A DNA stretch of 63,951 nucleotides, the filler included, from Fonticula-like sp. SCN 57-25 (Eukaryota), in the NCBI GenBank assembly GCA_001724245.1. It is 4 parts of 4 records of this genome, joined end to end, with 100 filler letters (N's around TTAATTAATTAA, not from the genome) between each part and the next. Parts side by side here need not be neighbours in the genome. Positions count along the whole stretch, not along the records: positions 49,747 to 63,951 come from MEDX01000162.1; 3 more parts are not named here. One strand, 5' to 3'. Under the pieces are notes generated by a model. That model was given only the letters and a program-made list of their open reading frames with translations, searched no databases and was not told the DNA's origin. How positions within the stretch are numbered: the stretch's first letter is position 1; every line of letters starts with the position of its first letter. The position numbers and the translations under genes are program-made. Positions 50,232-60,552 of the stretch are shown one piece after another.

Positions 50232-51557
50232 TTAGGCGAGAAGTTTGTAAACTCTACCAAGATCACTCTCTCGGTATTTGGCAGGAATAGATTTGTTGAC
50301 ACGAATCCTATTGCCAACAATCTCTTGAACGACCAGCTCGATTTCTTCTTGGGAATCAGAAACAATATAGGCTTTGTCACCAACTGCAAACGCCGAAGCG
50401 TCTAGTAGGTTTAGGAATGATGTCCCATTGGCCGCAGACTCAAGCTTGATAGCCGTCATCAAGGTCTCATAGGACTCGACGGTCTGCCTAACCATATTCT
50501 TTTGCTCATCAAGAGCGCCAGAACTTCTCATGATGGCGATGATCTTCTGAAGAGATCCACCAATGAGGTTTAGTCTTAAGTTGATAGCTGCACCACGGCG
50601 TCCATACATACCGGTTGTTGAAGTGATCTCACCTTCGGCGCCTTGAGTGATGTTTCCTAGGTAACCAGAGATTTGAGCGGCTCTTGTTCCAGCAAACGAC
50701 AGTCTGGTGGATAGGGCGTCTCTGATAGCTGTAATATTTGCTATCTGATATTTAGTTGGATAAAGAAGAGCTGGGTTGTAGCTATAAAATCCAGCCACAG
50801 TTGTTTGACCGTGAGCTGTATTCCAATCCTCATAGGCTTTCCAAGTAGTGATGGCTGTCAGTGCCGTATTCAAAGATGCAAGAGCTGCGGTTCTATCCAC
50901 AAGGCGTGCCGCGTTGGTATCTGGATTGTTTGTTAGAGCCGTCAATTCATCATTGAGAATGGCTTCAATGAACATGATCTTAGATTTTAATTCATCAGCT
51001 GCATCACGAAGAGCTGTATATGTTGCAATCACTGCAAGCGGAGGTGGGCCTGGATCTTCATATGCTTGCTGACCTGTAACTCTTTCCATTTCATTGGTGT
51101 ACGTTGAAAGGAAGTCGTTGATAGCGGTTACAAGCTCAGGAATTCTAACGTTTTCATAATTCAAAATAGAAACATATGATTCTGTTTTATCTTTACCAAT
51201 ACCTAAGCTCAACAGGAATGGCGGTAGAAACAGCCAACGGCCTGATGGAACATTTGGTGTGACAACCGCCAGGTCATTGGGGAAGAAGTAGTTTCCCTCA
51301 ACTCGGTTGGCGCTGTTCAAGATATCTGTTTCTGTAATAGAAGTTCTACCTTGGCCGTTGATCAGCTGTATTTCTACCTGATAGGCATCGATCAATGGTT
51401 GCTCTAGCTCTTGAATCTTACGATTAACGCTATCTACACGCTGAGCCTCAACAAGGCTGGCAGCTACAGCCGCTATGGTCGCATCAATAGCAGCAAGCTC
51501 CAAATCCTCGGAGACAATCTTTTTAGAAATTGAAATTCTTTCTTCTTTAGTCAGCAT
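50232..51557 (-). CDS. Hypothetical phage protein, probably virion-associated
   Basis: 441-aa ORF downstream of baseplate genes; TAATG overlap with the upstream gene. Confidence 0.6.
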   Translation of the reverse strand: MLTKEERISISKKIVSEDLELAAIDATIAAVAASLVEAQRVDSVNRKIQELEQPLIDAYQVEIQLINGQGRTSITETDILNSANRVEGNYFFPNDLAVVTPNVPSGRWLFLPPFLLSLGIGKDKTESYVSILNYENVRIPELVTAINDFLSTYTNEMERVTGQQAYEDPGPPPLAVIATYTALRDAADELKSKIMFIEAILNDELTALTNNPDTNAARLVDRTAALASLNTALTAITTWKAYEDWNTAHGQTTVAGFYSYNPALLYPTKYQIANITAIRDALSTRLSFAGTRAAQISGYLGNITQGAEGEITSTTGMYGRRGAAINLRLNLIGGSLQKIIAIMRSSGALDEQKNMVRQTVESYETLMTAIKLESAANGTSFLNLLDASAFAVGDKAYIVSDSQEEIELVVQEIVGNRIRVNKSIPAKYRESDLGRVYKLLA

Positions 51558-51775
51558 TAGTGAAGTACCGATTTCTCAATTCTTAGAGTGTTAATTAAAT
51601 ATTCAAACTCAGCAATTTTCTTATCATCTTTTTCAGTTTTGATCTGATAGACAAGCTTTTCATGATACTTATTTCGAAGCTCTGTAGCTTCTTCCAAAGT
51701 AAATAGATAAGTTCCTTTATAAGAAAGGTGAGTCCTTCCGGACATTACCACATAAAAGGAGTTTGTTTCAATCAT
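51557..51775 (-). CDS. Small hypothetical phage protein
   Basis: ORF translationally coupled to neighbours; start uncertain (51775 or 51784). Confidence 0.6.
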   Translation of the reverse strand: MIETNSFYVVMSGRTHLSYKGTYLFTLEEATELRNKYHEKLVYQIKTEKDDKKIAEFEYLINTLRIEKSVLH

Positions 51776-52305
51776 AGTGCCCATTTAATCAAATCCAAAA
51801 ACACAGATGTTAGACCGTAATGGCCGGCAACTACGATGACGTCATAAAGAACGTGGCAAAGCATAACCGTAGTGATTCCATGTTTCTTTGAATAATGGAA
51901 AGAAACCAAAGGATAAAGGACGCTCAAATACCCAGCTACTCCTTGATACATATGACCTTGAACAAACATGTTGGTTGTGATCAAAATCAAAGGAGATGCA
52001 AACAACAAGCCTCTATTGCCAAAGAACCTGTGGATCAAAAGATATGGTAACACAAAGAATAGATCTTCCCACCAAACACCGAATAATGTATTCAGAGCTT
52101 CAAATGGAAAAGCTACACCTTGAGGATAGCTTTTGTGAATAACAAAAGCTCTTACTACAGCTGCTATAGTAACGAACGTAAGGATAAATTTTACAAACTT
52201 GATAACTTTATCAATCTTGAACTGAAAAAGCTCTGGAGCAAGTTTGTACCCTCCAATTAGAAGGAGTAACGCTACGATGTAATAATAGTTGTATACAAAA
52301 AACAT
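51772..52305 (-). CDS. CPBP (CAAX/Abi) family intramembrane metalloprotease
   Basis: WEDLFF, FVQGHMYQG and MLCHVLYD motifs in a multi-TM protein. Confidence 0.8.
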   Translation of the reverse strand: MFFVYNYYYIVALLLLIGGYKLAPELFQFKIDKVIKFVKFILTFVTIAAVVRAFVIHKSYPQGVAFPFEALNTLFGVWWEDLFFVLPYLLIHRFFGNRGLLFASPLILITTNMFVQGHMYQGVAGYLSVLYPLVSFHYSKKHGITTVMLCHVLYDVIVVAGHYGLTSVFLDLIKWAL

Positions 52306-53193
52306 TTAAACAGACCTCTTTTTTATTATCTTTAAAAGATGTTGAATAAAAAACTCTTCACTAAGATTGCTTTTCATTGCGTTACAGATTCTGCAACAAG
52401 GAACCGAATTTTCCAAAAAATACCCTCTATCGCTGTCGACCCTGTCGATTCCTCGACTATTTGGCGTGTCACAATAATAACAATTTTCTTTTATCAAATT
52501 GGAAAACACGTCAAATGTTAGATCAAAAGATATGTTTCTTTTTGCTCTAGATCTTCTTCTAGAGTCGCTCTTATATCTAGAATAGATACCTATATCTGTT
52601 TTATTGTATTCTTTTCTTTTTTCTCTATCTGATAGGTTTCTTTTTTTCGGCTCACACTCTTTACAAGAAGGATTCTTGCGAAAATCATCTATTTTTTTAT
52701 TAAAAATATGGTTTTTTGTACATGAAAGTGTAATTTTTTCTTTTGAATTTTTATACTTAGATAAAAGTTTAAAGTTTAAAGAATTGATTTCATTTTCTAT
52801 TTCTTCGTGAGATCGATGCCCCGTCATTGAACAATATTTACACCTTGATCCTGTTTTAAACTTTTTATATGATATCAAACAACGATGTCCATTTTCACAC
52901 AACAAATCTAGTTTAAAATTTACATTTATATATTTCGTAGATAAAAGACTATATCTTTCCTCTTCAATATCTTTTTTTACTTTTTCTAAAGTGAAAGATC
53001 GGCTGTTGGCCAAATCTATGTGAAAGCATTTTTCACATTTTTTATTTTTTATAAAAAATGAAAGTTTTCTTTTTTGAACATGCCCATTTGGGCAAATACA
53101 GTTAATAAGGCTTTTGTGACCGCTATATTGGTCACTCAAACACTTCCATCCCAAATCAGTTACAATTTTAACTACATCGTTTATTTTATACAT
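52306..53193 (-). CDS. HNH endonuclease with three Zn-ribbon repeats (free-standing homing endonuclease-like)
   Basis: CPNGH..CEKC / CENGH..CKYC / CTKNH..CKEC repeats. C-terminal CYYC..GIDRVDS..GY..EN.VPCC.ICN.MK. More AT-rich than its neighbours. Confidence 0.85.
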   Translation of the reverse strand: MYKINDVVKIVTDLGWKCLSDQYSGHKSLINCICPNGHVQKRKLSFFIKNKKCEKCFHIDLANSRSFTLEKVKKDIEEERYSLLSTKYINVNFKLDLLCENGHRCLISYKKFKTGSRCKYCSMTGHRSHEEIENEINSLNFKLLSKYKNSKEKITLSCTKNHIFNKKIDDFRKNPSCKECEPKKRNLSDREKRKEYNKTDIGIYSRYKSDSRRRSRAKRNISFDLTFDVFSNLIKENCYYCDTPNSRGIDRVDSDRGYFLENSVPCCRICNAMKSNLSEEFFIQHLLKIIKKRSV

Positions 53194-53194
53194 T

Positions 53195-54244
53195 TTAGTT
53201 ACTTATAAAAACCTTACTGCTCATTCCTGAAAAAACCGTAGAAATAACCGGTGCTCCGTGGCTATCTACTCCCATAAACTGGGAGGACATTGTCAGCGAT
53301 GGAGATCCACCTTGACCGCCCAAGAACACAAGCTCACCGATAGTTACTTGTTGCCCTGTCAAATTAATTGTGCTTGACGCTTTCATAGCAAAAGAAGTTA
53401 CTTCTACGGACGTAGCTCCTTCTATCTTTATATCGCATCTTGCTCCTGAAACTGTGATTCCACCCTGAGCATTGATTAATAAATCCTTAGTAGCGATAGA
53501 AATCTTCTTTGATGCAGAAACTTCCATCTCTTCATTGGACGCAATCTTGATCTTTTTATCTGCAACAATTTCAACGGCTTTGTTTTTCTTATCTACCGTG
53601 ATTGTTTCTTTGTCGCCATCTGTAATAATTACAGATCCGTCTTTATCGATTTCGATGGATGTTCCGCCGACTGTGGCGTTCTTTGGCTTGCCAGTAACAT
53701 CTGTTGCACCTTTAAACAAAATCTTAAAGGCACCTTCTTTATCGATAGATGTTTCTAGACCGTTAAATTCTGAATAGTAGGCGTGACCAGCTTCTCTGGT
53801 TAACTTTGACTCTCTTTGAGCGTGATTGAGTCCACCAATGATAACCGCTGAATCATCTGCACCCGAAACGCACATTAAAAGAACTAAAGACCCTTCTTGG
53901 GTATCAATATCTTTTTGATCAGTGCTATCTAATGAGGTTTTTTCCTGTACTCTATATCTAAACTCTTTATAGTCAGCAATGCCGCCAAACAAATCTTTAA
54001 CAGTACAATTATGATATGTCATTATAGTTTGACCTAGGTCAGCGTTTTGTTCAGCAACTGCTACATCATATTCAACTGACATTTTACTTAAATTTTTAGG
54101 ATCGTCTATTTCGTAATCGGCAATAATTACGCCCATTTTAAGTTCGTAATTTTTATAAGCTCTATCATATGCTGATATACTACTGTTTCCGTTTTGCAAC
54201 AGTCCAGATGGTAAAACCGATCCACTAGGAAGAAAGTTATTCAT
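53195..54244 (-). CDS. Baseplate spike (gpV/gp5-like) protein
   Basis: N-terminal OB-like region (GSLVLLMCVSG...IIGGL) followed by beta-helix-like repeats; position after the hub gene. Confidence 0.6.
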   Translation of the reverse strand: MNNFLPSGSVLPSGLLQNGNSSISAYDRAYKNYELKMGVIIADYEIDDPKNLSKMSVEYDVAVAEQNADLGQTIMTYHNCTVKDLFGGIADYKEFRYRVQEKTSLDSTDQKDIDTQEGSLVLLMCVSGADDSAVIIGGLNHAQRESKLTREAGHAYYSEFNGLETSIDKEGAFKILFKGATDVTGKPKNATVGGTSIEIDKDGSVIITDGDKETITVDKKNKAVEIVADKKIKIASNEEMEVSASKKISIATKDLLINAQGGITVSGARCDIKIEGATSVEVTSFAMKASSTINLTGQQVTIGELVFLGGQGGSPSLTMSSQFMGVDSHGAPVISTVFSGMSSKVFISN

Positions 54245-56060
54245 TTGATTTTTTCTTTCTAGATCTAGTAAATGAGGCTATATCGCCCTCTTTTATTTTT
54301 TCTCCTAAATGCCTACTATCTGTTAATGGCGTTAAATCTTGAGAATCAGATACCCCAGGAAGAATTTCTCCTTCTTTTTCATAACTGTGTTTCCTTGCCT
54401 CATCTGCGGAAACAAATTCCATATTAAGGTAAGGAACTGAACTTGATGTGTTGTCATCCATAACACCATTTGAAACAGAAATAGTTGTTCTAAAGATTTT
54501 TACTCCTGCCGAATCTATCGCTGCTCTATGGGATATATTTTCTATATGAAAAACATTTTCTCCTATTTGTAAATTATCCCCTACAGAGATTGGTTTTTCA
54601 ATGCCAAAAGATTGAATTGTTCCTGACATTTTTAAATGTCCTCCAATGAGCCAATCAGCAATAAGCGTTGCCCAGTATGGGGTGTGGGATACTGTTTTTG
54701 AATCAACTTCAAAATAATCAAAAGGTATAGTTACAACAAAAGGCCTTAGTCCGGATCTTCTTATGTCTTCTTTTTCAATAACATAATTTCCCGCTTTTGT
54801 CTGCATAGAGATGCTCGCGTTGGGATTGTTAGTTTGATTTCTTCCAAAAATTTGGACAAAATTAAATCTTGCTGCGTCATCTTTTCCTATCTGCATGGAT
54901 GTTACGTTATCGTAATTTAAAACCCATCTTGGAAGAGATAAAAAAGGTGTTGTTTTTCTTTTTGTTTTTTTTGCAAATTTATTTGTTGTAAATGGTTTTT
55001 CTCTTATTGTCAATGTAGGAAAAATAGAAGTAGATTCACTATGTAAATCTGGTTTAAAGGATGTGTACATCTCGTTTATAGAGCCATTTAAATACTGATT
55101 TAAAATATCCCAAATTTTTATTTGGTTAAAATATTCAGGTTTGGCAAAACTATGTCCCTCAATGTGAGAGTTTGTAACAAAAATGTTCCCTTTTCTTGAG
55201 TTAAAATTTGGTCTCAAATTTAAGGCTTCTTTTGGATTACTTACAGATGTGTAACTTTGTTTTCCTATAATAACATTGTTAATATCGACAATGTTTCCTT
55301 TTTTTCCTCCACGCCCCATAAGGGACATGACGACAGATGGGACTTCATAAGGTCTTATAGGTGTTTTTTCTAATCCTTCTTTTAATGGTTCACCTACTAA
55401 ATTTCTAGTAGACTTACCCATAAAAGCATCATAAAGAGCCATAATAACGTTTTGAACGCTGTTATAATTTCCATCTTTTATTTTTAGGTTCCATTTATCG
55501 GAAACCGCTGTTAAAAAAAACAAAGGACTTTTCATGTATTCTTGAACAAGAAAAGGATTAAAATATATAGTATTGTTAAATTCTGAAAAAGCATATCCTG
55601 TTATTTTATAAACAACTCTTTTAATGCCATTTCCATCTATAGCTAGTGATTGATGGACTGATTGAACTTTAAACAAGCCTTTAAATCCATCATCGTATTT
55701 ATTTATTGCCTTATTCTCTCTTACTCTTTTGTACAAATCTAATATTTTTTCTTCGCTATCGACTATGTTTACTATAAAATAATCACCAGTAGATACTGCT
55801 GTTTGATAATCTATATCTCCAGATAAAAGGGTTATTTCAGCGCTATTGTTTAAAGATCCCTTGCTTTCATTTACAGTTACGTCTATACAATCATTAATAA
55901 CAGGCATGGCTTCTCTTGTTGACAAAGAGTCAACTCCTAATGGATTTCTATATTCATCAGATCTTTGTGAAAATCGCACAAAAGTCACCATCCAAGCTGG
56001 TGAAGTTTGTCCAGAATCATCGGAAAAATTATCGTGAGTGCTAATTTTAGCAGCTGCCAT
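54237..56060 (-). CDS. Putative baseplate hub / tail protein
   Basis: Lies between TMP and spike. C-terminal SGTIQ..G...ISVGD....FHIENISH is hub-like. Confidence 0.6.
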   Translation of the reverse strand: MAAAKISTHDNFSDDSGQTSPAWMVTFVRFSQRSDEYRNPLGVDSLSTREAMPVINDCIDVTVNESKGSLNNSAEITLLSGDIDYQTAVSTGDYFIVNIVDSEEKILDLYKRVRENKAINKYDDGFKGLFKVQSVHQSLAIDGNGIKRVVYKITGYAFSEFNNTIYFNPFLVQEYMKSPLFFLTAVSDKWNLKIKDGNYNSVQNVIMALYDAFMGKSTRNLVGEPLKEGLEKTPIRPYEVPSVVMSLMGRGGKKGNIVDINNVIIGKQSYTSVSNPKEALNLRPNFNSRKGNIFVTNSHIEGHSFAKPEYFNQIKIWDILNQYLNGSINEMYTSFKPDLHSESTSIFPTLTIREKPFTTNKFAKKTKRKTTPFLSLPRWVLNYDNVTSMQIGKDDAARFNFVQIFGRNQTNNPNASISMQTKAGNYVIEKEDIRRSGLRPFVVTIPFDYFEVDSKTVSHTPYWATLIADWLIGGHLKMSGTIQSFGIEKPISVGDNLQIGENVFHIENISHRAAIDSAGVKIFRTTISVSNGVMDDNTSSSVPYLNMEFVSADEARKHSYEKEGEILPGVSDSQDLTPLTDSRHLGEKIKEGDIASFTRSRKKKSNE

Positions 56061-58453
56061 TATTCGGATTTCCCTGCTGTAGGAATGTTGATTCTTTGTC
56101 CTGTAGCGTTATTGTTTTGTAAATTATTAAACCTTATAGAAAGTTCTAATGTTTCTTTAGTTAATTTTTTTGCAGATTCTGCAGCTGCATCTAAGCTGTC
56201 TTTCATTGTAACTAATTGTTCGTTAACTAATTTTTGAGACCTTGCTACTCCCTCAAGCTCAGATTGTCCTAAAGAAGGGGTACCCTCTGTAAGCATTTCA
56301 TCTGCTCTTTTTGTGTATTTTTCTTTTAGTTTCTCGGCACCAGTTACATCTCCTCTTAACTGAAAGTCGGTAAATGCCGTTCTATCTGCCGAACTCATAT
56401 TGCCGTAAAATTTACTTGTTCCAACATCTGCACCTATAGCTACTTGTGCTTTACCAAAATCAGAAATCATAGATTTTCTAGCTTCTTCAGGTGACATACC
56501 TGACTCAATTGCCGCCCTGTAGTTTGAACCAACTTCATTTAAAATACCTTGAGTTTTACTGCTCACTATCGTAGAGCTTCCAATATCCTCTCTAGCTTGA
56601 GATACGTAATCAGAAAAACTTCCTTCATATCCTGATTTTTTAGCTTGATCGTATAAATAAGCCATTTCCGGAGAGTCTTCTGTTATTCCAGACACTCCGA
56701 TATTTTGCAAAAACATTTTAGATCCCATATCGGCATATCCATATTTATCCATTATGGTAGCACCTCTTATTTGGGCATTAACCCCTTCTTCTCCTTTAGA
56801 TAATGATTCAAACAAATTATAAGCATTTTGCGCTCCTTGTAGTCCTACCATTGTGTTGGACGAAACAAAACCACCGAGCATGCCAGCAGTTCTGCCTACA
56901 GAATCTTGGCCCATTAATCCGGTAGACAGTACCGCTCCTGTTAGGATTTCTTGAAATTTATTATTTTCTTGTCTAAACTCTGAACCATCTAGACCGACCC
57001 TAACACCTTCACCTAAAAGACGTTTAAATGCCGCTTCTGTAGAACTAAAATCTCCCATTAAACTTGATAGTCTTGCAAAATTTTGATTTGCATTATCCAT
57101 TCCAGCCCGTGAAGCCTGCCCCCCCAAGGTTCCAAACCCTCTAGCTGCTCTTGTTGATCCGCCTGCTGATAATACACCACTAATAGAGTTAAAAAACTCT
57201 TCTCTTGTTACTCCTGCATTTAGGGCATTATTCAATATCCCACCTTCTACTGTTGTCACTCCTGTTCCTGGGTCAAAAACTCTTTCTCCAAACAAACCGG
57301 CGTCATTAATACCCAATCTTCTCTGTAAATCATAATTTTGGCGCCAGGTTTGATCGTGGAACTCTCTAGTTTTCCATCTAAGTGGATCTTTAGCCCTTTC
57401 AGATGCTTCCCTTTCTTGGGCTCTTTCAAATGTTCTAGCTAACTCTAATTGATCTAATTTTCCCGCTGCTTCTTCGCTACCAAAAGCAGATTGAATTGCC
57501 AACCACTTATTGGCTGAATTTTTTATACCAGGAATAACCTCGGATAAATAGCCTGCTCCGGCGCCAAGAAGTCCTGATCCAGGAATTGGTACGGCACTTC
57601 CTATCATTGCTCCTATAGAGGCTGATCTTTTGCCTCTTTCAATTGCCGATGACATATTCATACTTTTGGCGTATTCATTGGCAGCATTGATTCCGATAGA
57701 TCTTTCTCTTTGTCCAAAAGCAAATTGAGAGTTTTGACCTGAAAAAATAGAATTTAATCCTGAAAATTGAGCCATTCCTTGTGCTGCTGCTCCTTGAGCT
57801 TGTGCTATCTGAAAAGGTTCATTTGCATAATATCTACGGACTCCGGCGTATGTGTTCGCCGCTAAACCTCCAGCAGCAAGGGCTCCAAGCACTGGACCCG
57901 CCATAGCTCCGACCATGCCGCCTACTGCCGGGATACCAAAGCCTGGACTCCAGGTTTTGTTTCCACCCGTGAACCATCCTGGGGCACGCATCGCTTGAGC
58001 TTGATCGGCTGCGGCGCCAGCGCCCATGATACGAGAGTTTCTAAGCTCTTGAATGCGACCGATATCTTGTTCTAATTTTAGGATTTTCTTTTTGTGTTCG
58101 ATCTCATCTTCGAATGCTACGTTTTGCATACGGCGCATTTCTTGAAGGCGGGTTTTCTTTTTTTCTTCCAAGCGCTCAAGACGTTCAGCAGACCTGTATT
58201 GTTTTTGAGCTTCTCTCTCAACCTCAGCTAGAGCCCTTTTTCTAAGGTTTTCTTGCTGATTCATTTTGTTTTGATCTTGAGCTGTGGCGGGTATCAACCC
58301 CATACCTTGAAGACGTTCGCGAAGTTGGTTAGACGCTCTTGATGTGGCGTATGACCCTGAAATATTTTCAATACGGCTCTTAAGGTTCGTAAATGCCTTC
58401 TCAAAGTCGCCTGTGTTGAGTTTCGCTGAAAATTCTATAATCTTTTTAGACAT
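56060..58453 (-). CDS. Tape measure protein
   Basis: 797 aa, helical, Gly/Ala-rich hydrophobic stretches; downstream of chaperone-like genes. Confidence 0.75.
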   Translation of the reverse strand: MSKKIIEFSAKLNTGDFEKAFTNLKSRIENISGSYATSRASNQLRERLQGMGLIPATAQDQNKMNQQENLRKRALAEVEREAQKQYRSAERLERLEEKKKTRLQEMRRMQNVAFEDEIEHKKKILKLEQDIGRIQELRNSRIMGAGAAADQAQAMRAPGWFTGGNKTWSPGFGIPAVGGMVGAMAGPVLGALAAGGLAANTYAGVRRYYANEPFQIAQAQGAAAQGMAQFSGLNSIFSGQNSQFAFGQRERSIGINAANEYAKSMNMSSAIERGKRSASIGAMIGSAVPIPGSGLLGAGAGYLSEVIPGIKNSANKWLAIQSAFGSEEAAGKLDQLELARTFERAQEREASERAKDPLRWKTREFHDQTWRQNYDLQRRLGINDAGLFGERVFDPGTGVTTVEGGILNNALNAGVTREEFFNSISGVLSAGGSTRAARGFGTLGGQASRAGMDNANQNFARLSSLMGDFSSTEAAFKRLLGEGVRVGLDGSEFRQENNKFQEILTGAVLSTGLMGQDSVGRTAGMLGGFVSSNTMVGLQGAQNAYNLFESLSKGEEGVNAQIRGATIMDKYGYADMGSKMFLQNIGVSGITEDSPEMAYLYDQAKKSGYEGSFSDYVSQAREDIGSSTIVSSKTQGILNEVGSNYRAAIESGMSPEEARKSMISDFGKAQVAIGADVGTSKFYGNMSSADRTAFTDFQLRGDVTGAEKLKEKYTKRADEMLTEGTPSLGQSELEGVARSQKLVNEQLVTMKDSLDAAAESAKKLTKETLELSIRFNNLQNNNATGQRINIPTAGKSE

Positions 58454-58535
58454 CTACGTTACACCTTTATAGTCTTAAAGATTCTTTTTTGCTGGTCGAG
58501 CTTGCTTTTGTATATCTTTGTGTTAAGATAAATCT

Positions 58536-58754
58536 ATGAACAAAGATAGCAACATAACTCTTTTAGCAACTCAGGCAGTAAAAGCCTTTTTAGCTCTTGA
58601 AAAAGCTAAAGATTGTCCTGTCACCAAAACCAACAACACCAAAAAATTCAACGCTTTCTCCCAAGCTTGTCGTGACAAGAAGATCTCTATCACAGAACAA
58701 ATGGAAATTTTTACAAAAATCAAAAGCTCTATCCTGGAAGGTACCAATGACTAA
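58536..58754 (+). CDS. Small hypothetical protein (opposite strand, probably leaderless)
   Basis: TTGCTT-N16-TAAGAT promoter, ATG 6 nt later. Confidence 0.6.
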   Translation: MNKDSNITLLATQAVKAFLALEKAKDCPVTKTNNTKKFNAFSQACRDKKISITEQMEIFTKIKSSILEGTND

Positions 58755-58917
58755 ACAAAACCTCTATGCAGACAAAAGCGGCGAAGTATACGCAATCGTT
58801 GACACAAAAGAGGTTTTTGGTGGAACTTTCTATTTTCTCAGAGGGGTAAACTCTAAATTCCTAAAAAGAGTTTGTAATATCAAGAAGTTTGATAAAACAT
58901 TCACAAAAGTGAATTAA
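58747..58917 (+). CDS. Small basic hypothetical protein
   Basis: MTKQNLY... with GAAGGT SD, overlapping the upstream stop. Confidence 0.55.
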   Translation: MTKQNLYADKSGEVYAIVDTKEVFGGTFYFLRGVNSKFLKRVCNIKKFDKTFTKVN

Positions 58918-59357
58918 TCCTCTTCATCTTCTTCAATAGAATAGGTCTTATCTACTGGTTTTTCCACTGGTTTTTTCTTTTTAAACTTATGAGCACCCGC
59001 CATACTTTCGAAAGTAAAACCTTTGTCTTTACGGTCCTTTTTCTCTTTTTCGTATTCTTTTTCCCATTGTTTAATCTGATCATCAAGCTGCTTCTTTTCT
59101 TCCGGTGTCTCTTCGAAATCAAGAAGCTTATTGAATACTTCAACGCGTTTGTCATCCGGAACATTGCTAAAATTGTTCTCTAAAACGTTTTGATAAACGA
59201 GAGAAAACGGAAGCTTAAAAACTTCCGCAAGTGGAGTAAAAAATGATCTGGAATATTCGCGACAGAAATAACGATACCAATATGAGTCATCTTGCTCTAG
59301 GGTATCTAAAACAGCTTGGACCCTAAGTTCTGTCCAAGGGAAGTTATCGTTGCTCAT
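58914..59357 (-). CDS. Putative tail assembly chaperone (second)
   Basis: Upstream of the TMP; YWYRYFCREYSRSFFTPL; overlaps the previous gene by 14 nt. Confidence 0.55.
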   Translation of the reverse strand: MSNDNFPWTELRVQAVLDTLEQDDSYWYRYFCREYSRSFFTPLAEVFKLPFSLVYQNVLENNFSNVPDDKRVEVFNKLLDFEETPEEKKQLDDQIKQWEKEYEKEKKDRKDKGFTFESMAGAHKFKKKKPVEKPVDKTYSIEEDEED

Positions 59358-59841
59358 CCCCGTCTTCCTCATTCAAGACATCTTCTGGATCTTTATCAGC
59401 TTCTTCTTTTGCTTTTTTAGCCTGTTCTTGCATTTTAACAAAATGTTCTTGTATTTTTTTCAAATTGTTTTCAGAGCGCTTTTTGATCTCATCGCGATAA
59501 TAAAGCTCAACTGCCAAAGATTTATCCAAAACTTCCAAAATAATGTTTTCATCTTTAAGTCTTCCACCGTTCCAGAATGGAGCGGCTTCAACCATGCGGT
59601 ATTTGAGCTGAGCGATAGCAAAAGCTAGATTGGCCTCTAAATCAGAGGCATAAGCTGGATTCGGTCCCAAAAGAGCGCGGTATTCTCTGCCTGCTGCTAG
59701 CTTTTGTTCTGGATCCAAAACAGTTAAAACCTTGAATTTACCCATATACATATTGCCGGTAGTTTCACCGGTTGTATTAATTTCAAAAAAACCATACGTC
59801 TCATTTTCAGACAATTCAAATTTTTTATCGTTTTCTTTCAT
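59344..59841 (-). CDS. Putative tail assembly chaperone (first)
   Basis: GAGGT SD; GETTGNMYMGKF...APFW pattern and synteny. Confidence 0.55.
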   Translation of the reverse strand: MKENDKKFELSENETYGFFEINTTGETTGNMYMGKFKVLTVLDPEQKLAAGREYRALLGPNPAYASDLEANLAFAIAQLKYRMVEAAPFWNGGRLKDENIILEVLDKSLAVELYYRDEIKKRSENNLKKIQEHFVKMQEQAKKAKEEADKDPEDVLNEEDGDEQR

Positions 59842-60127
59842 AGAGACCTCTTAACATGACAGTATCGCAAAATTGTATAAATTTTAGATTTAAAAATTTT
59901 CCCAAAAAACAGACTAACAAACAACCTACCCACCTAAAAGACATGACGCTACGCTATATCGTATTTTTAAGAAGAAAATATATAAATAAGAATAATTTAA
60001 CTAAATCTTAATATTTACCTTAAAGAAAGTGTACTGAATTCTTCCTTGGAAGTTAACTAAAAGTAACTTATAAGCGCTCACAGGCTCGTATAGAGCGCAT
60101 TTACCCACCAGTGGTGGTCCTGAACGC

Positions 60128-60152
60128 AAAAAACGCCCTGATGAGGCGTTTT
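60128..60152. terminator. Rho-independent terminator (likely for the minus-strand holin-like gene)
   Basis: AAAACGCC-CTGATGA-GGCGTTTT hairpin with A/T tails on both sides. Confidence 0.7.
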
Positions 60153-60182
60153 GCTTGTTAAAATCGATTTTTGAGAGGTATC

Positions 60183-60482
60183 TTAGATAGCGCCCATCAG
60201 TTTCAGAAGGGTAGTGATGATTCCTAGCAGGATGCTTAACCCGCCGATCATTTTTAGGGCACCCTCAACCATGTGAACGTGGCGGTTGATTGGGTCGATG
60301 CTTGATTTTAGGATTTTGATGGCCTCTTCAGCGAGTTCTGTTCGTCTGATGTGTTCCGCCAAGCTAACCTCTTGTTTTATAAGAGTTTTATCAACGTTAT
60401 CGATTCTAGAATCGAGTCTGTCGATCTTGGTGAGTACCAAATTGAACAATTCATCGTGTTTTTGAGAAGCGCTTTTTTTCAT
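60183..60482 (-). CDS. Holin-like / XhlA-like coiled-coil protein with C-terminal TM
   Basis: KIDRLDSRIDNVDKTL...LAEHIRRTELAE coiled coil plus one C-terminal TM. Confidence 0.55.
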   Translation of the reverse strand: MKKSASQKHDELFNLVLTKIDRLDSRIDNVDKTLIKQEVSLAEHIRRTELAEEAIKILKSSIDPINRHVHMVEGALKMIGGLSILLGIITTLLKLMGAI

Positions 60483-60552
60483 GAAAAAAATCCCATTCAT
60501 AATAAAGATTATACAAAAAAAATATGCGATACAGTACGTTAGAGGTGTTTTC

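Noticed and set aside
59344-59372. Programmed -1 frameshift between the tail chaperone genes
   Set aside because: The downstream ORF is in the +1 frame, has a TGA just upstream of 59372 and its own ATG/SD. No XXXYYYZ site in the overlap.
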